Of a stretch of DNA of 64,000 nucleotides, positions 9,827 through 20,376 are shown piece after piece. The position numbers were made by a program, and so were the translations under genes. This DNA comes from an uncultured Methanosarcinaceae archaeon (GTDB lineage: Archaea > Halobacteriota > Methanosarcinia > Methanosarcinales > Methanosarcinaceae): the NCBI GenBank assembly GCA_963727895.1, contig CAVSHT010000008.1:128001-192000 (forward strand). The letters are read 5' to 3'. Below the pieces are notes generated by a model. That model did no database searches. It was not told where the DNA came from and was given only the letters and a program-made list of their open reading frames with translations. Position 1 is the stretch's first letter. Every line of letters begins with the position of its first letter.

Positions 9827-10479
9827 GTGGATTGTTGGACTAGAGCACTAGATTTGCTGGAGAAAACTAAATCTATGACATTGATTACCAGTAATATATC
9901 AACTTCTATAAACAGTACCTCTATTTTTTCTATTCTACAATTCCTAACGGATTTTATGATACATTTAATTAAATTTTTTTAGTTTTATTTGTACTATTTT
10001 TTATGTTTCGATTTCTAATATTTCTCTCAAAAGGGAGTGAAGAAATAATTATACTTCCATTTACAGTGAATTCTGATAATAAAAAATACGACGGTAAAAT
10101 AATTTCAGATTCTCTTATAGTAGAATTGAGAAAAATTAAAAAGATCCATGAACATAAGTTTGAGGAAGAAGAGATAAACTTTGAAAAAATTTACTTGCCC
10201 AAATTAACTCCAGATTCAGAAAACTTTGAAACAAAAATCTCTAATTTAAAGGATATAAACATTGGCGGATTGACAATATCCATTCTTGGAATTCTCACTG
10301 TTTTTAGGCTATTATGGCCATTTGGAGAGCAAGTTAAAACTATCAGAGGAAATTTGCAAGAATGTGATTCAGAAATTCATTTAATTGCATTAATGGAAGG
10401 TCCTAAAGTTCATGGATGGGATCTAATCTTAAAATTGAAAAATCCAAAAACGAAGATAGACTTCCAGAATTAATTAAAA
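9827..10479 (+). pseudogene. N-terminal part of a membrane-anchored (probably TPR) protein, frameshifted and cut by IS1
   Basis: Open frame from GTG 9827 shifts in a T-run near 9975 into ORF 10003-10473 and ends at the IS1 boundary. Confidence 0.55.
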
Positions 10480-11219
10480 GGCATTGATACTTAAATATAG
10501 TTATATACTATTAGAAAGTATATTTCTTCATTAACTGCCCCAGATGCAATAGTTCCAGTCACAAAAAGAACGGTATAGTTGGTGGGCGTCAACGCTACAA
10601 ATGCCATGATTGTGGATATAACTATACAGTAGAGCTAAAATCAACTGCTTTTTCCGCCTCTGTTAAAAAACAGGCTTTACAACTTTACCTTGAAGGATTG
10701 GGCTTTCGTTCAATAGGAAGAGTTTTAGGGGTTAGTCACGTTTCTGTCCAAAGATGGATAAAGAAATTTGGTCAGGAGTTAGAGGACCTAAAAAGTGAAA
10801 GTGAGATATCTATTGTTGAAATGGATGAGATGCACACTTACATAAGTAACAAACAAAATATTTCTGGATCTGGATTGCTGTTGATAGAGTTGGGAAAAAG
10901 TTTATCAACTGCTCTTTTGGTAGCAGAGGAACGGAAACTGGAAAACTACTCTGGGAAAAATTGAAGAAAAAAGAGATTGGAGAAGTGATGACCGATCACT
11001 GGAGAGCATATGCAGAGTTTATTCCAAAAAAGATCCATACTCAATCCAAAGCAAAAACGTATACTGTTGAAGGATATAACAGCATATTGAGGCACTTTTT
11101 AGCAAGGTTGAGAAGAAAGACAAAGTTTTATACGAAGAGTCTTGAAATGCTAAAGTACTCGGTTATTCTATTGATGAAATAAAGAAATAAAGAACTAGAT
11201 ATAGTTAAGTAACAATGCC
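10480..11219 (+). mobile_element. IS1-family element (740 bp), degenerate
   Basis: IRs ggcattgatactta / taagtaacaatgcc. InsA-like zinc finger and HTH, InsB-like MTDHWRAY/TVEGYNS. Start codon mutated to ATT, slippery A-run interrupted, no TSD. Confidence 0.93.
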
Positions 11220-11469
11220 ACAAAGGTACTGTTCTTGATGATCTTGATCGAAAAGATGAGGCTTTGTGTGGTATAACAAAGCATGTGCTTATTCTTTGAT
11301 GAATAAAAGAAATGAAGCTCTTGCAGATTTAAAATGTGCAATTGAACTTGATCCTGATTATATAGAATTAGCAAAAAATGATAAAGATTTTGAGAAGCTG
11401 TGGGAAGATAAAGACTTCATAAACATAGTTACAGCCAATAAAAGTATTAACAAACTCTTGACTGACTGA
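11220..11469 (+). pseudogene. C-terminal TPR repeats of a disrupted gene
   Basis: KGTVLDDLDRKDEAL, then a frame change to WYNKACAYSLMNKRNEALADLKCAIELDP. Confidence 0.7.
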
Positions 11470-11904
11470 TAGAATCCTAAATTTTCTATTTCTGAAAATC
11501 CAAGCATAGTTACCTACGTTTGATATTTTTAATTTTAATTTAAATAATCATATTACAAGATTTAGTACTATTATTCTAAAGTATGTAACAATATTCCTGA
11601 AAAATAGTTTTAGCAATTTGTAGGAGTGGGGTTCATGAAATAGGTTTTTTTCCAATTTAGAGAAATCTTGATCACATACGCTGATTCCCCACTGCCCATT
11701 AAATATAGCACATCGTTTCTATATATATTTAATTTTAACAACATATAATCTGATTTAATTATAAAAGAATGTATATAATTCCTGATATGTAAAGATTAAA
11801 AGTAAAGCTAAATCTGAAAACTCAAACTTAAAAAGGAAGATTTCACTATCAAGATAAAGTCTACTAAGTTTCAAATTGTTTTAGAAATTATAGGTTTTTT
11901 TATA

Positions 11905-12336
11905 TTGGTTGGCATAATTGCTTTTGTTTATACCCGATGGAATCAACTTCCTTCACAAATCCCTGGGCACTATAACGCAATGGGAAAAATCGATAGATGG
12001 GGAAGTAAAAATGAAATACTCATAACGCCAATAATAGGTACTTTAGTTTACATATTCATAACTGTTATGTCCTTTTTTCCGCAAACCTGGAATTTATCTA
12101 TACAAGTAACAGATGAAAACAGGGAAACAGTGTATAGCTATGCAAAAAATTTGATAATACTCACAAAAGTAGAAGTATTGAGCATATTTTTTTATCTAAC
12201 TTATTATATGGCAACAACGCAGCCTTTGCCCATAGCTTTTTTGCCTGTTTCGATGATAATCTTATTTTCCACAATAATATTCTTCACTGTGAAAATCTAT
12301 AGATCCGGAACTAGAAAAAAGCAAACATCAAATTGA
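11905..12336 (+). CDS. DUF1648-family membrane protein
   Basis: WNQLPSQIPGHYNAMGKIDRWGSK motif and several TM segments. The frame is open upstream to an ATC at 11848 behind an SD-like aggaag, so the true start may have mutated. Confidence 0.8.
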   Translation: MVGIIAFVYTRWNQLPSQIPGHYNAMGKIDRWGSKNEILITPIIGTLVYIFITVMSFFPQTWNLSIQVTDENRETVYSYAKNLIILTKVEVLSIFFYLTYYMATTQPLPIAFLPVSMIILFSTIIFFTVKIYRSGTRKKQTSN

Positions 12337-12479
12337 TCCAAAAATCAACTTTATTCTCAAGTCACTATTTTGTAGAGTTTTCTATGATCAGAATTTATGA
12401 ACCTGACAGGAATCATAATTGCTCAAAGTAAAACAATTTACCGGAAAATATTTTTACAATTCGCATTATTGTTTGATTC

Positions 12480-12743
12480 ATGAATCAAGAAAATAAAACG
12501 ATAGTTAACGCAGATAAGAGTCGTGAATTTGGAGCAATGGGAGAGCTCTTAAGAGAACTTCAGAAAGAAGAAATGGAACCAATTGAAACATCAGCTGTAG
12601 AAACCCCAGAAGAAAAGATAATCTCAGAAGAAAACATAAACCAAAACATGGTCATGTTAATAACAGAAATCAATGAATCATTAAAAGAAATTACAGAGAT
12701 GCAGAAAAGTATACTGGAAGAGTTAAAACGCAGACCTATTTAA
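12480..12743 (+). CDS. Small acidic coiled-coil hypothetical protein
   Basis: 87-aa ATG ORF with protein-like composition. Confidence 0.6.
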   Translation: MNQENKTIVNADKSREFGAMGELLRELQKEEMEPIETSAVETPEEKIISEENINQNMVMLITEINESLKEITEMQKSILEELKRRPI

Positions 12744-12827
12744 AAAGGATTTGAGAGCAATCTTTTAGGGAGAAAGCTTTACCAAATATTCTAAGTGGAA
12801 ATGCAAGCCTTTTCAAAAAAAATAAAA

Positions 12828-13072
12828 GGTATTGATACTTAAACATAGTTATATGTTATTAGAAAGTATATTTCTTCATGAACTGCCCCAGATACAATAG
12901 TTCCAGTCACAAAAAGAACGGTATAGTTGGTGGGCGTTAACGGTACAAATGCTCTGATTGTGGCTATAACTATACAGTAGAGCTAAAATCAACTGCTTTT
13001 TCCGCTTCTGTAAAAAGACAGGCTTTACAACTCTATCTTGAAGGATTGGGCTTTCGCTCAATAGGACGATTT
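12828..13072 (+). mobile_element. IS1-family 5' fragment, interrupted by IS110
   Basis: Left IR ggtattgatactta. Colinear with the other IS1 copies up to caataggacgattt. Confidence 0.9.
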
Positions 13073-13100
13073 AGCATGAAAGTACATGAGGAGATTATCC

Positions 13101-14365
13101 TCACGTGCTCTCTTGATCCTTTTTCCCCATAATCGCAAATATTCCACTAATTATTTTAATCCGTTCATCAACCTAAAAAATCTCAGTTTCAATAATCTTT
13201 CTCTTTTGGATTTCTCCCTTTTGATATCCGGTTTCATCTTCGTCCATCTCATCGTTTGTAATAAGATGCCATAGTATCGTTGCAATTTTCCTTGCTAAGG
13301 CAATAATTGTTTTTGCATGTCCAATCGACTTCTTTTTTCTGTTAAAAAACTCTTTTAACCTGCTATTCTTCTTTCTTGCTGCTGCTTGAGCAATCTGTGT
13401 CAGAATCCACCTTGCTACTTTTGATCCCCTCTTTGTGATTCTGCCGTTATAGTATTTATCTGCAGATTGATACACATTAGGAACTAGACCAAGCCAAGAA
13501 GCAAGCTTATTTCCAGAAGAAAAATCCTTAAAGTTGCCTATTTCAGCAAGTAAAATTGCCGCACCAAGTTCCCCTATACTTGGAACTGACATTAAAATCT
13601 CCATTTCTCGCTTATGATTTCGAGAAGCATAATTAAAAATTTCTTTTTCTAAAGCTTCGAGTTCATCATCAAGACTTTTTATGAGTTTCAGACAGATCTG
13701 AAGTCTGAATGCAGCACTTTGAGAAATTTCTCGATCAAGAATTTCTCTTATCTGAGCAGCTTTTTTCCGAACATTTGGAGAGAGGCTTGCAATAATCTGA
13801 CCAACACTCTTACCTAAAGAGATTCCTAATAAGATCATTCTGCCATTCTTGCCAAAAACGTCTGTCGGCACATTATTCAGGTGTAGCATTTCAGATGCAA
13901 GAATTGAATTTCAGATGCAAGAATTGAGTGAGCTTTATTTTTTAAATCTGTTCTTTTTTGTACAAGTGTTAACCGAAGTCGAACATATGATCTAAAATCT
14001 ATATGATCCTTTGGGAAAACTCTTGATGGCTGAATCATATTATTAAGTGCAAGTTGTGCAATGACTTCTGAGTCAATCTTATCTGTTTTTTTATGGGTAA
14101 ATACCTTCATATCTCGCGCATTTCCAACTATCACAGTTAGATGCTTTATCAATGAATCATGAATCGGAACCCAAAAGTAGCTGGTTGATTCACATGCAAC
14201 AACATCACATTTTTCTGATATTACCCAATTTTTAAGGGCTAAAATTCCTTCATCATCTCTGTTGAAACGTTGCTGTTGTTTTTCACCAGATCTACTGAAA
14301 ATTGTAGCAATGAAAAAGAGTTTGTGAATGTCTAAACCACAAGCTTTGTTTATGACTTCAATCAA
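13101..14365 (-). pseudogene. IS110-family transposase/recombinase, frameshifted
   Basis: GLDIHK, ACESTS and KTDKID (D-E-D-D); GLVPNVYQSAD...GRITKRG. A 20-bp tandem duplication (13888-13927) shifts the frame. In-frame TAG at 13173, with the frame open on to TGA at 13101. Confidence 0.9.
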
Positions 14366-14384
14366 ATTAGATCACCAAATTTAT

Positions 14385-14518
14385 TTGGGCAGTGGAATTG
14401 CCTAAAAGGCCAATTTAGCATCCGTGATCAAAGTCACACTTGAGCCTTCGATGGCAATTCACTGATTAGTTTTAGGACGGTTTTGAAAAACCAAAATCGA
14501 GACAACCTTACTGCCCAA
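14385..14518 (-). ncRNA. Candidate IS110 bridge RNA
   Basis: Structured non-coding region upstream of the transposase, with two hairpin-capped loops whose unpaired strands match the insertion site and the element end. Confidence 0.7.
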
Positions 14519-14567
14519 GGTAATGAGGACTTAATAGTCAAAAAAAAGAACGGAGAGTACTTTCATT

Positions 14568-15424
14568 GGTTCCGTTGCAAAAAATATCTGCTAAGGATAT
14601 AATTAAAATAAAAATGAAATCAAAGATAGTGATATGCTATCTAATTCCTTTAAATGGAAGCACTTTGTAGGTGAAATTATTTTATTGAATGTTAGATGGT
14701 ACTTAAAATACCCACTTAGTTATAGAAATTTAAAGGAAATGATGGCAGAAAGAGGGATAATAGTCAACCATACAACCATTATGAGATGGGTACATCAATA
14801 TTCACCTGAAATCGAAAAGAAGGTCAGAAGGCATTTAAGACCAACAAACGACTCTTGGAGAGTTGATGAAACTTATATCAGAGTTAAAGGTGAATGGAAA
14901 TATTTTTACCGAGCAGTTGACTCAAATGGAGATACAATTGATTTCATGTTAAGTGCAAAACGAAATAAAAAAGCAGCGAACAGATTCTTCAAAAAAGCTT
15001 TGAACTCTAATCATAATCAAATTCCAAGAGTAATCACAGTTGACAAAAATCCAGCTTATCCACCTGCTATAGATAAACTGAAAAATGATAAAATACTACC
15101 TATAAACGTAGGCATTCGACAAATCAAATATTTGAATAACATTATAGAACAGGATCATAGATCCATTAAACGAATAGTTAATCCAATGTTAGGATTTCAG
15201 TCTTTTCATACAGCCATTAAAACTTTAAAAGGAATTGAAACTATGAATATGATTAAAAAAGGACAAATCAAGAACTTAAATTACTCTGGCTTTAATGAAG
15301 CTAAATATATTAATCAATTATTTGGAATAGTTCTATAATATTGACATATCTTTTTGAATATTTTAACTTTTATTCATTATTCATAGATTTACAGGCTTAT
15401 TCTAAGATTTTTTGCAACGGAACC
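14568..15424 (+). mobile_element. IS6-family element (857 bp)
   Basis: Perfect 18-bp IRs ggttccgttgcaaaaaat around an intact transposase. No TSD. Confidence 0.95.
14634..15338 (+). CDS. IS6-family DDE transposase
   Basis: SWRVDETY, YRAVD, ITVDKNPAY, LNNIIEQDHR. Confidence 0.95.
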   Translation: MLSNSFKWKHFVGEIILLNVRWYLKYPLSYRNLKEMMAERGIIVNHTTIMRWVHQYSPEIEKKVRRHLRPTNDSWRVDETYIRVKGEWKYFYRAVDSNGDTIDFMLSAKRNKKAANRFFKKALNSNHNQIPRVITVDKNPAYPPAIDKLKNDKILPINVGIRQIKYLNNIIEQDHRSIKRIVNPMLGFQSFHTAIKTLKGIETMNMIKKGQIKNLNYSGFNEAKYINQLFGIVL

Positions 15425-15517
15425 TTCTATGGAGTTCCATAGAACGTCATCGATTTCACGGACTGACATATAAGTAAATTTATAATTTCAACAGAATATT
15501 ACTTTCGGGATAGGCTC

Positions 15518-15561
15518 TAATATAAATTAGTATTTAATATAAATTAGTATTTAATATAAAT
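15518..15561. repeat. 17-bp tandem repeat (about 2.6 copies)
   Basis: taatataaattagtatt twice, plus taatataaat. Confidence 0.85.
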
Positions 15562-15627
15562 GTATAACAATTTAAATATTCTAAAGACTACAAACAGCTT
15601 TATGTTAGTCCAACCAATATCTCTAAA

Positions 15628-16938
15628 ATGTCATATTTGCTTGAGATTGCAATCGTCCTTTTATTGATCGCACTCAATGGCATATTTTCCATGTCAGAAT
15701 TTGCTCTAGTTTCTGCCAAAAAAACTCGTCTCAAGCATAGGGCGGAAAGCGGGGATCTACAGGCAGCTGCTGCACTTAAACTCACCAGTGATCCAACTCC
15801 GTTTCTATCTACTGTGCAAATCGAAATCACCCTTATTGGAATCTTTGCTTGTGCGTTTGGCGGGGGTCACCATATCAGAAGAATTTTCAGCTTACCTTGG
15901 AAAATTCCATGCTCTTTCTCCGTACAGTAATGCGATAAGTATTACTCTTGTAGTACTCTTAATTACCTATTTGACCTTAGTTTTTGGAGAACTTGTTCCA
16001 AAAAGACTTGCACTTAATAATGCGGAATCAATTGCCTCCAGCATGCAAAACCTATGTTTTTTCTTTCTGTTCTAGTAAAGCCTTTTGTGATAATTCTTAG
16101 CAGTTCTACCGAAGCTGTGCTCGGGATCATGAAAGTTAGAAAGTCTCATGAACCGCCGGTAACAGAAGAGGAAATTAAAATTCTATTTGAGGAAGGAACT
16201 AAAGCTGGGATGTTTGAGAAAGCTGAGTTGAGTATGATAGAAGATGTTCTTGAAATTGGTGATCTTCGAGTTGATAGCCTGATGACACATCGCAATACTA
16301 TCACTGCTATTGACCTTGGAGATCCTATTAATAAAAGTATGTGGAATATAATTGAAAGTGGTCGATCCAATTTTCCAGCGTATGAGGAAGTTTTGGACAA
16401 TATTATCGGTATGATATCTGTAAGAAAAGTCCTTGAGAAATTTGTGGAAAGTGGTACAGTTAATTTCAAAGAACTTGTTACACAACCCCTCTTTGTACCT
16501 AAAAGCGCTTCAGTTCTTAAGCTTCTTGAATCGTTCAAGGAGACTGGAGTGCATATCGCTCTTATCACTCATGAATATGGAAGCATTCAAGGTGTTATTA
16601 CGCTGCATGATATTCTTGAAGCGATTGTAGGCGAAATCCGTTCTCTTGGGGAGCCTGTGGAGACAAAGGTTCAGGTTCGAGAAGACGGTTCCTGGCTCAT
16701 CGATGGAGATACACCCATTGAAAAGATTAAAGATATCTTATCTGTAACTTCCTTTCCTGGAGAAGGACTTGGATATTACCGGACTATTGCCGGGCTGATA
16801 ATTTTCCTCCTTCAGAAAATCCCTGCAACTGGAGACCATATAATATTAGGGGAATTTCGGTATGAGGTTGTCGATATGGATGGTAATCGAGTAGATAAAG
16901 TTCTTGTAACACGAGTTTCAATAGTTTCCAAAAGTTAA
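15628..16938 (+). pseudogene. HlyC/CorC (CNNM-CBS-CorC) family transporter, two frameshifts
   Basis: NGIFSMSEFALVS, FGELVPKRLA, CBS pair and VDMDGNRVDKV are split over three ORFs. Extra G near 15862 and a missing base near 16044. Confidence 0.85.
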
Positions 16939-17108
16939 ACGTAATCTCTCAAATTGAAAGTTAGGTTTTGAGATAATAAAGACAAAGAAAACGAAATTGC
17001 CATAAAAATCAAAAAAGAGCTACAGAAAACGTCAAAAAATTATTGTCATATATCTTGAAACATTAGGTTATCAAGATTATGACATTTAAGATTCTCAAGT
17101 TTTATTTT

Positions 17109-18722
17109 TCAAGATTTCTTCACTCTTAGGAATAATGTAACTATCAGAATTCCTGCCATAGCAAGGATCGAACTGAATCCTGGGGAATCTTCTTCATTTT
17201 GATCTTGATATGATGATTCATTTTTCTCCTGATTTGATCCCGTTGATCCCGAAGATTGCTTGCTGCTCCCGTTAAGGAAAACTGGAACTCCTACATAAAC
17301 AACAGGAGTTTCTGAAACAACTTCTCCTGAATATTCATCAAGGTCTAGAAATCCTGCTTTACATGCAGGCAGATGAATTTTCCCTTCTTTATTCATTTTC
17401 AGGATGTAAGTTATTGTTTTTGAACCGCCATCACTTTCAAGGATCTGTTTAAAACTTGTTTCCCCGCTTATTAACTTAGCTTCCTGAGGTACGGTATCGG
17501 TTAATGTTACGCTTGCATCAACATTTCCAGTGTTTTTTACCATGACCGTTACAGTCAATTCGTCTCCGGAATTTAGCTGTTGCTTATTTATTGATTTTGT
17601 TACTGAGATTTCAGGCCCATAAACCTTTACTTTTTCCGAATTATTGGAACTAGAGTTTCCACTTTGTCCATTAGGAAGAGTAAAGTTAGCTGTTGTTTTC
17701 GGAAATGTAAATTCTCCAGGTTTGTCAGGAATTAGAGTGTACTCAAAAACGTTTTCAGTTAATTCTTTGGATTTAAGAGAAAGGGTCTTATCAAGTACTG
17801 TATCTTTATCAAGGTGCATTTCGGTTATTATTGAATCCTTAAGTTTAATATTACTTATATCACAGAGCCCATTGTTAAGGACATTGATCGAGACATGTAC
17901 AGGCTTTCCCATATGGTTTTCTCTTGTAACAGTCTTTGAAATAACAAGGCCCCATTTTTTCTCTATTTTTATGACTTTCGAGCCTATATATTCATACTTC
18001 TCATTCCTAACATCAAAACATGTAGTTTTTGCAGTTATATTGAGATCAGTATCAACCCATGGAGATGGGGCTTTCAAAGTTAGGTTTACAGGTGCAAGAG
18101 TTTCGCCTTTAAGTACATCTCCAAGACTGTACTTCGTTTTTCTTTTAAGGACTTCCATTCCGGCTGTATCGATAGTTAGAACAGTATCCTTCGCTTTTGC
18201 CTCCTCATCATTTTTAAGCTTTATTGATACATCGATTCTGCTGTCTCCGGCAGATTTGGAATCATATGTATCTTTTCTTGTTTCAACATCTATGTCAAAC
18301 TTTGGTTCTCCTTTTACAAAGATATCCAGTTCAGCATAAGGATTCCAGTTTTTAGTCTTAAATTCCTTATCATCTATAGTGATAGTTTCATGGTTTGAAT
18401 CCACTTTCTGGGCATAGACCTTTATTCTGTCATTATATACGACCTCTGAACCTGCGGAAAGTGGAGCAGTCTTCAGTTTTTCCCCATCCTTTGAGATTGA
18501 AACAAAAACCTGATTGTTTTCGTTAATATTTTCTGCTTTTATAACATAATCATTGACTGTTACTGTATCCCCCCAGTATAGTTTTGTTCCATCCTGTTTC
18601 TCTACCCATTCAATGTCTTCCGCCGCAAGAGCGTTCATAGAGATGGCAAAAAGAGAAAATACGATAAGTAATGCCATCAGTGCAAGTTTCTTAGCCATAG
18701 TTACCGTCCTTGAATTTGACAT
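17109..18722 (-). CDS. Cell-surface protein with DUF11/BatD-like Ig domains and PGF-CTERM anchor
   Basis: Signal peptide, beta-rich repeats (VTKS...GDELTVTVMVKNTGN), Ser-rich linker, SPGF-TM-basic tail. Confidence 0.85.
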   Translation of the reverse strand: MSNSRTVTMAKKLALMALLIVFSLFAISMNALAAEDIEWVEKQDGTKLYWGDTVTVNDYVIKAENINENNQVFVSISKDGEKLKTAPLSAGSEVVYNDRIKVYAQKVDSNHETITIDDKEFKTKNWNPYAELDIFVKGEPKFDIDVETRKDTYDSKSAGDSRIDVSIKLKNDEEAKAKDTVLTIDTAGMEVLKRKTKYSLGDVLKGETLAPVNLTLKAPSPWVDTDLNITAKTTCFDVRNEKYEYIGSKVIKIEKKWGLVISKTVTRENHMGKPVHVSINVLNNGLCDISNIKLKDSIITEMHLDKDTVLDKTLSLKSKELTENVFEYTLIPDKPGEFTFPKTTANFTLPNGQSGNSSSNNSEKVKVYGPEISVTKSINKQQLNSGDELTVTVMVKNTGNVDASVTLTDTVPQEAKLISGETSFKQILESDGGSKTITYILKMNKEGKIHLPACKAGFLDLDEYSGEVVSETPVVYVGVPVFLNGSSKQSSGSTGSNQEKNESSYQDQNEEDSPGFSSILAMAGILIVTLFLRVKKS

Positions 18723-19197
18723 TTTTATGCTGGGTCTGCACTGGAAACATACATTTTAAGCTTCTGTAATTGCTACGGCTTGTTAATATTTGTGTCTGAA
18801 AATTATATATTAATAAATGTTTATCCCGTATTTTTCAGCCGTATTTGGTTATTTGATGTATTGTTTTTGCCCCAGCACTCCCCTATAATGCACGAATTTT
18901 AACTAGTGATCACTTTATAATTTTAATTTCAATGGTTTTTCTGAAACTCAAATTCTTGTACTATTTTATAATTTGTTAGTTTACATTTTTTGATTAAGCT
19001 CTAGTTAATATGAGATTTTTCAACTATCTAAATTATAAGTAAATGTTTCGTTTCTATTTTTTTATTTAATTATGGGCCTAATAAATCTCTAGTATCGTGG
19101 GTGTTTTCTTTTACTGGAAATCCTTAAATAAAAAAGCAATAACATTTTGAATTTGAAATAAAAATTAGTAATTTTTCCTATGTACTAGAGGTCTTCT

Positions 19198-19944
19198 ATG
19201 GAACTTATAAAAATTGTAAAAATTCTTGAAGAAATTGCTCCACCTGAGCTTGCTGAAGATTTTGATATAGGCAGGATTGGTCTGATTTTAGATATGGAAA
19301 ACAATGTAGAAAGAATTACAGTTGCTCTTGATGCGAATTCTTATGTGCTTAAAAAAGCTGCGGAAATGAATGCAGACCTTCTAATTACGCATCACACTCT
19401 TATTTTCCATCCGATAAACAAAATCTCAAAATCACTTGCAGAATCCCTTAAACTTGCTCTTAATAATGAGATATCCCTCTACAGTATGCATACAAATTAT
19501 GACAATGCTGAAGGAGGCGTTAATGATGTGCTTGCTTCGAGGCTTGGGCTCAAGAATACAAAAAATGCGGAAATGGGCAGGATAGGAGAAATAGAACCCT
19601 GTACTTCGGCTGAGCTGGCATCTCATGTCTCGGAAGTTCTAAAAACGCCTGTAGTATATGCAGGAAAAAAAAAGGAGATTAGACGAGTAATGGTTGTTGG
19701 AGGAAGCGGCTTTTCAACTGATTTTCTTGAAATAGCCAGGGCAAATAGAGTTGATGCTTTTGTTTCCTCTGAACTCAAGCATAATATTCTCCGAGATTAT
19801 GAGGATCTCTGCCTTATTGATGCCACTCACTACGCTACAGAAAATCCTGGTATAGAAGTTTTATGTTCCAGGTTGCGTGAAATTCTCGACCTCGATGTGA
19901 GATTCATTGAACAGCCTTCTGGACTTAAATCAATACATAAATAA
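19198..19944 (+). CDS. Nif3-like dinuclear metal-centre protein
   Basis: LITHH, MHTNYD, DATHYATE. Confidence 0.92.
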   Translation: MELIKIVKILEEIAPPELAEDFDIGRIGLILDMENNVERITVALDANSYVLKKAAEMNADLLITHHTLIFHPINKISKSLAESLKLALNNEISLYSMHTNYDNAEGGVNDVLASRLGLKNTKNAEMGRIGEIEPCTSAELASHVSEVLKTPVVYAGKKKEIRRVMVVGGSGFSTDFLEIARANRVDAFVSSELKHNILRDYEDLCLIDATHYATENPGIEVLCSRLREILDLDVRFIEQPSGLKSIHK

Positions 19945-19970
19945 TGAGCGTCTAAAGCAGGTGTGGTTAT

Positions 19971-20192
19971 ATGACAGAGGAAATAGATATCAGTAGAAAG
20001 GAGATCATTAGAAAGGAGATAACAGAAACAGACCTCAGTACGAAGAATAAAGAAAAAAAAGATCTAAGTAGAAAAGAAGAGCTTAAGGAAAATTCAGTTG
20101 AAGAGCTGCTAGAAGAACAATCAAGAAACCAGATTCGTTCAGATTATCGACGCAGCTTGGGTAATGAATACCGTAGACGATATATGGAATAA
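19971..20192 (+). CDS. Small charged hypothetical protein
   Basis: ATG with SD-like aggtgtgg directly downstream of the Nif3 gene, followed by a T-tract. Confidence 0.55.
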   Translation: MTEEIDISRKEIIRKEITETDLSTKNKEKKDLSRKEELKENSVEELLEEQSRNQIRSDYRRSLGNEYRRRYME

Positions 20193-20376
20193 ATTTCTCC
20201 ATTTTTATTCAAAATCTAAACTTATTTTTTGTTATTTTGTATTAGTTTCAGCTATATTTAAACAGTCCTTAATATGTTCACTTATGATCTGTACTTCTTC
20301 GGTTTTTGGAATTGATACCAGAATCTTGTCGATATAACCGTATTCTTTGAGAAGAGCAAAAGTTGTCGGAAAATTT

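Larger units (their letters stand above)
13071..14567 (-). mobile_element. IS110-family element with subterminal inverted repeats
   Basis: DEDD transposase. IR atgaaagtac (13076-13085) / gtactttcat (14557-14566). The upstream end abuts IS6. Confidence 0.9.

Noticed and set aside
11629..12404. Weak inverted ggttcat(g)aaat motifs flanking the DUF1648 gene
   Set aside because: Too short and imperfect, and no TSD, so gene capture is not supportable.
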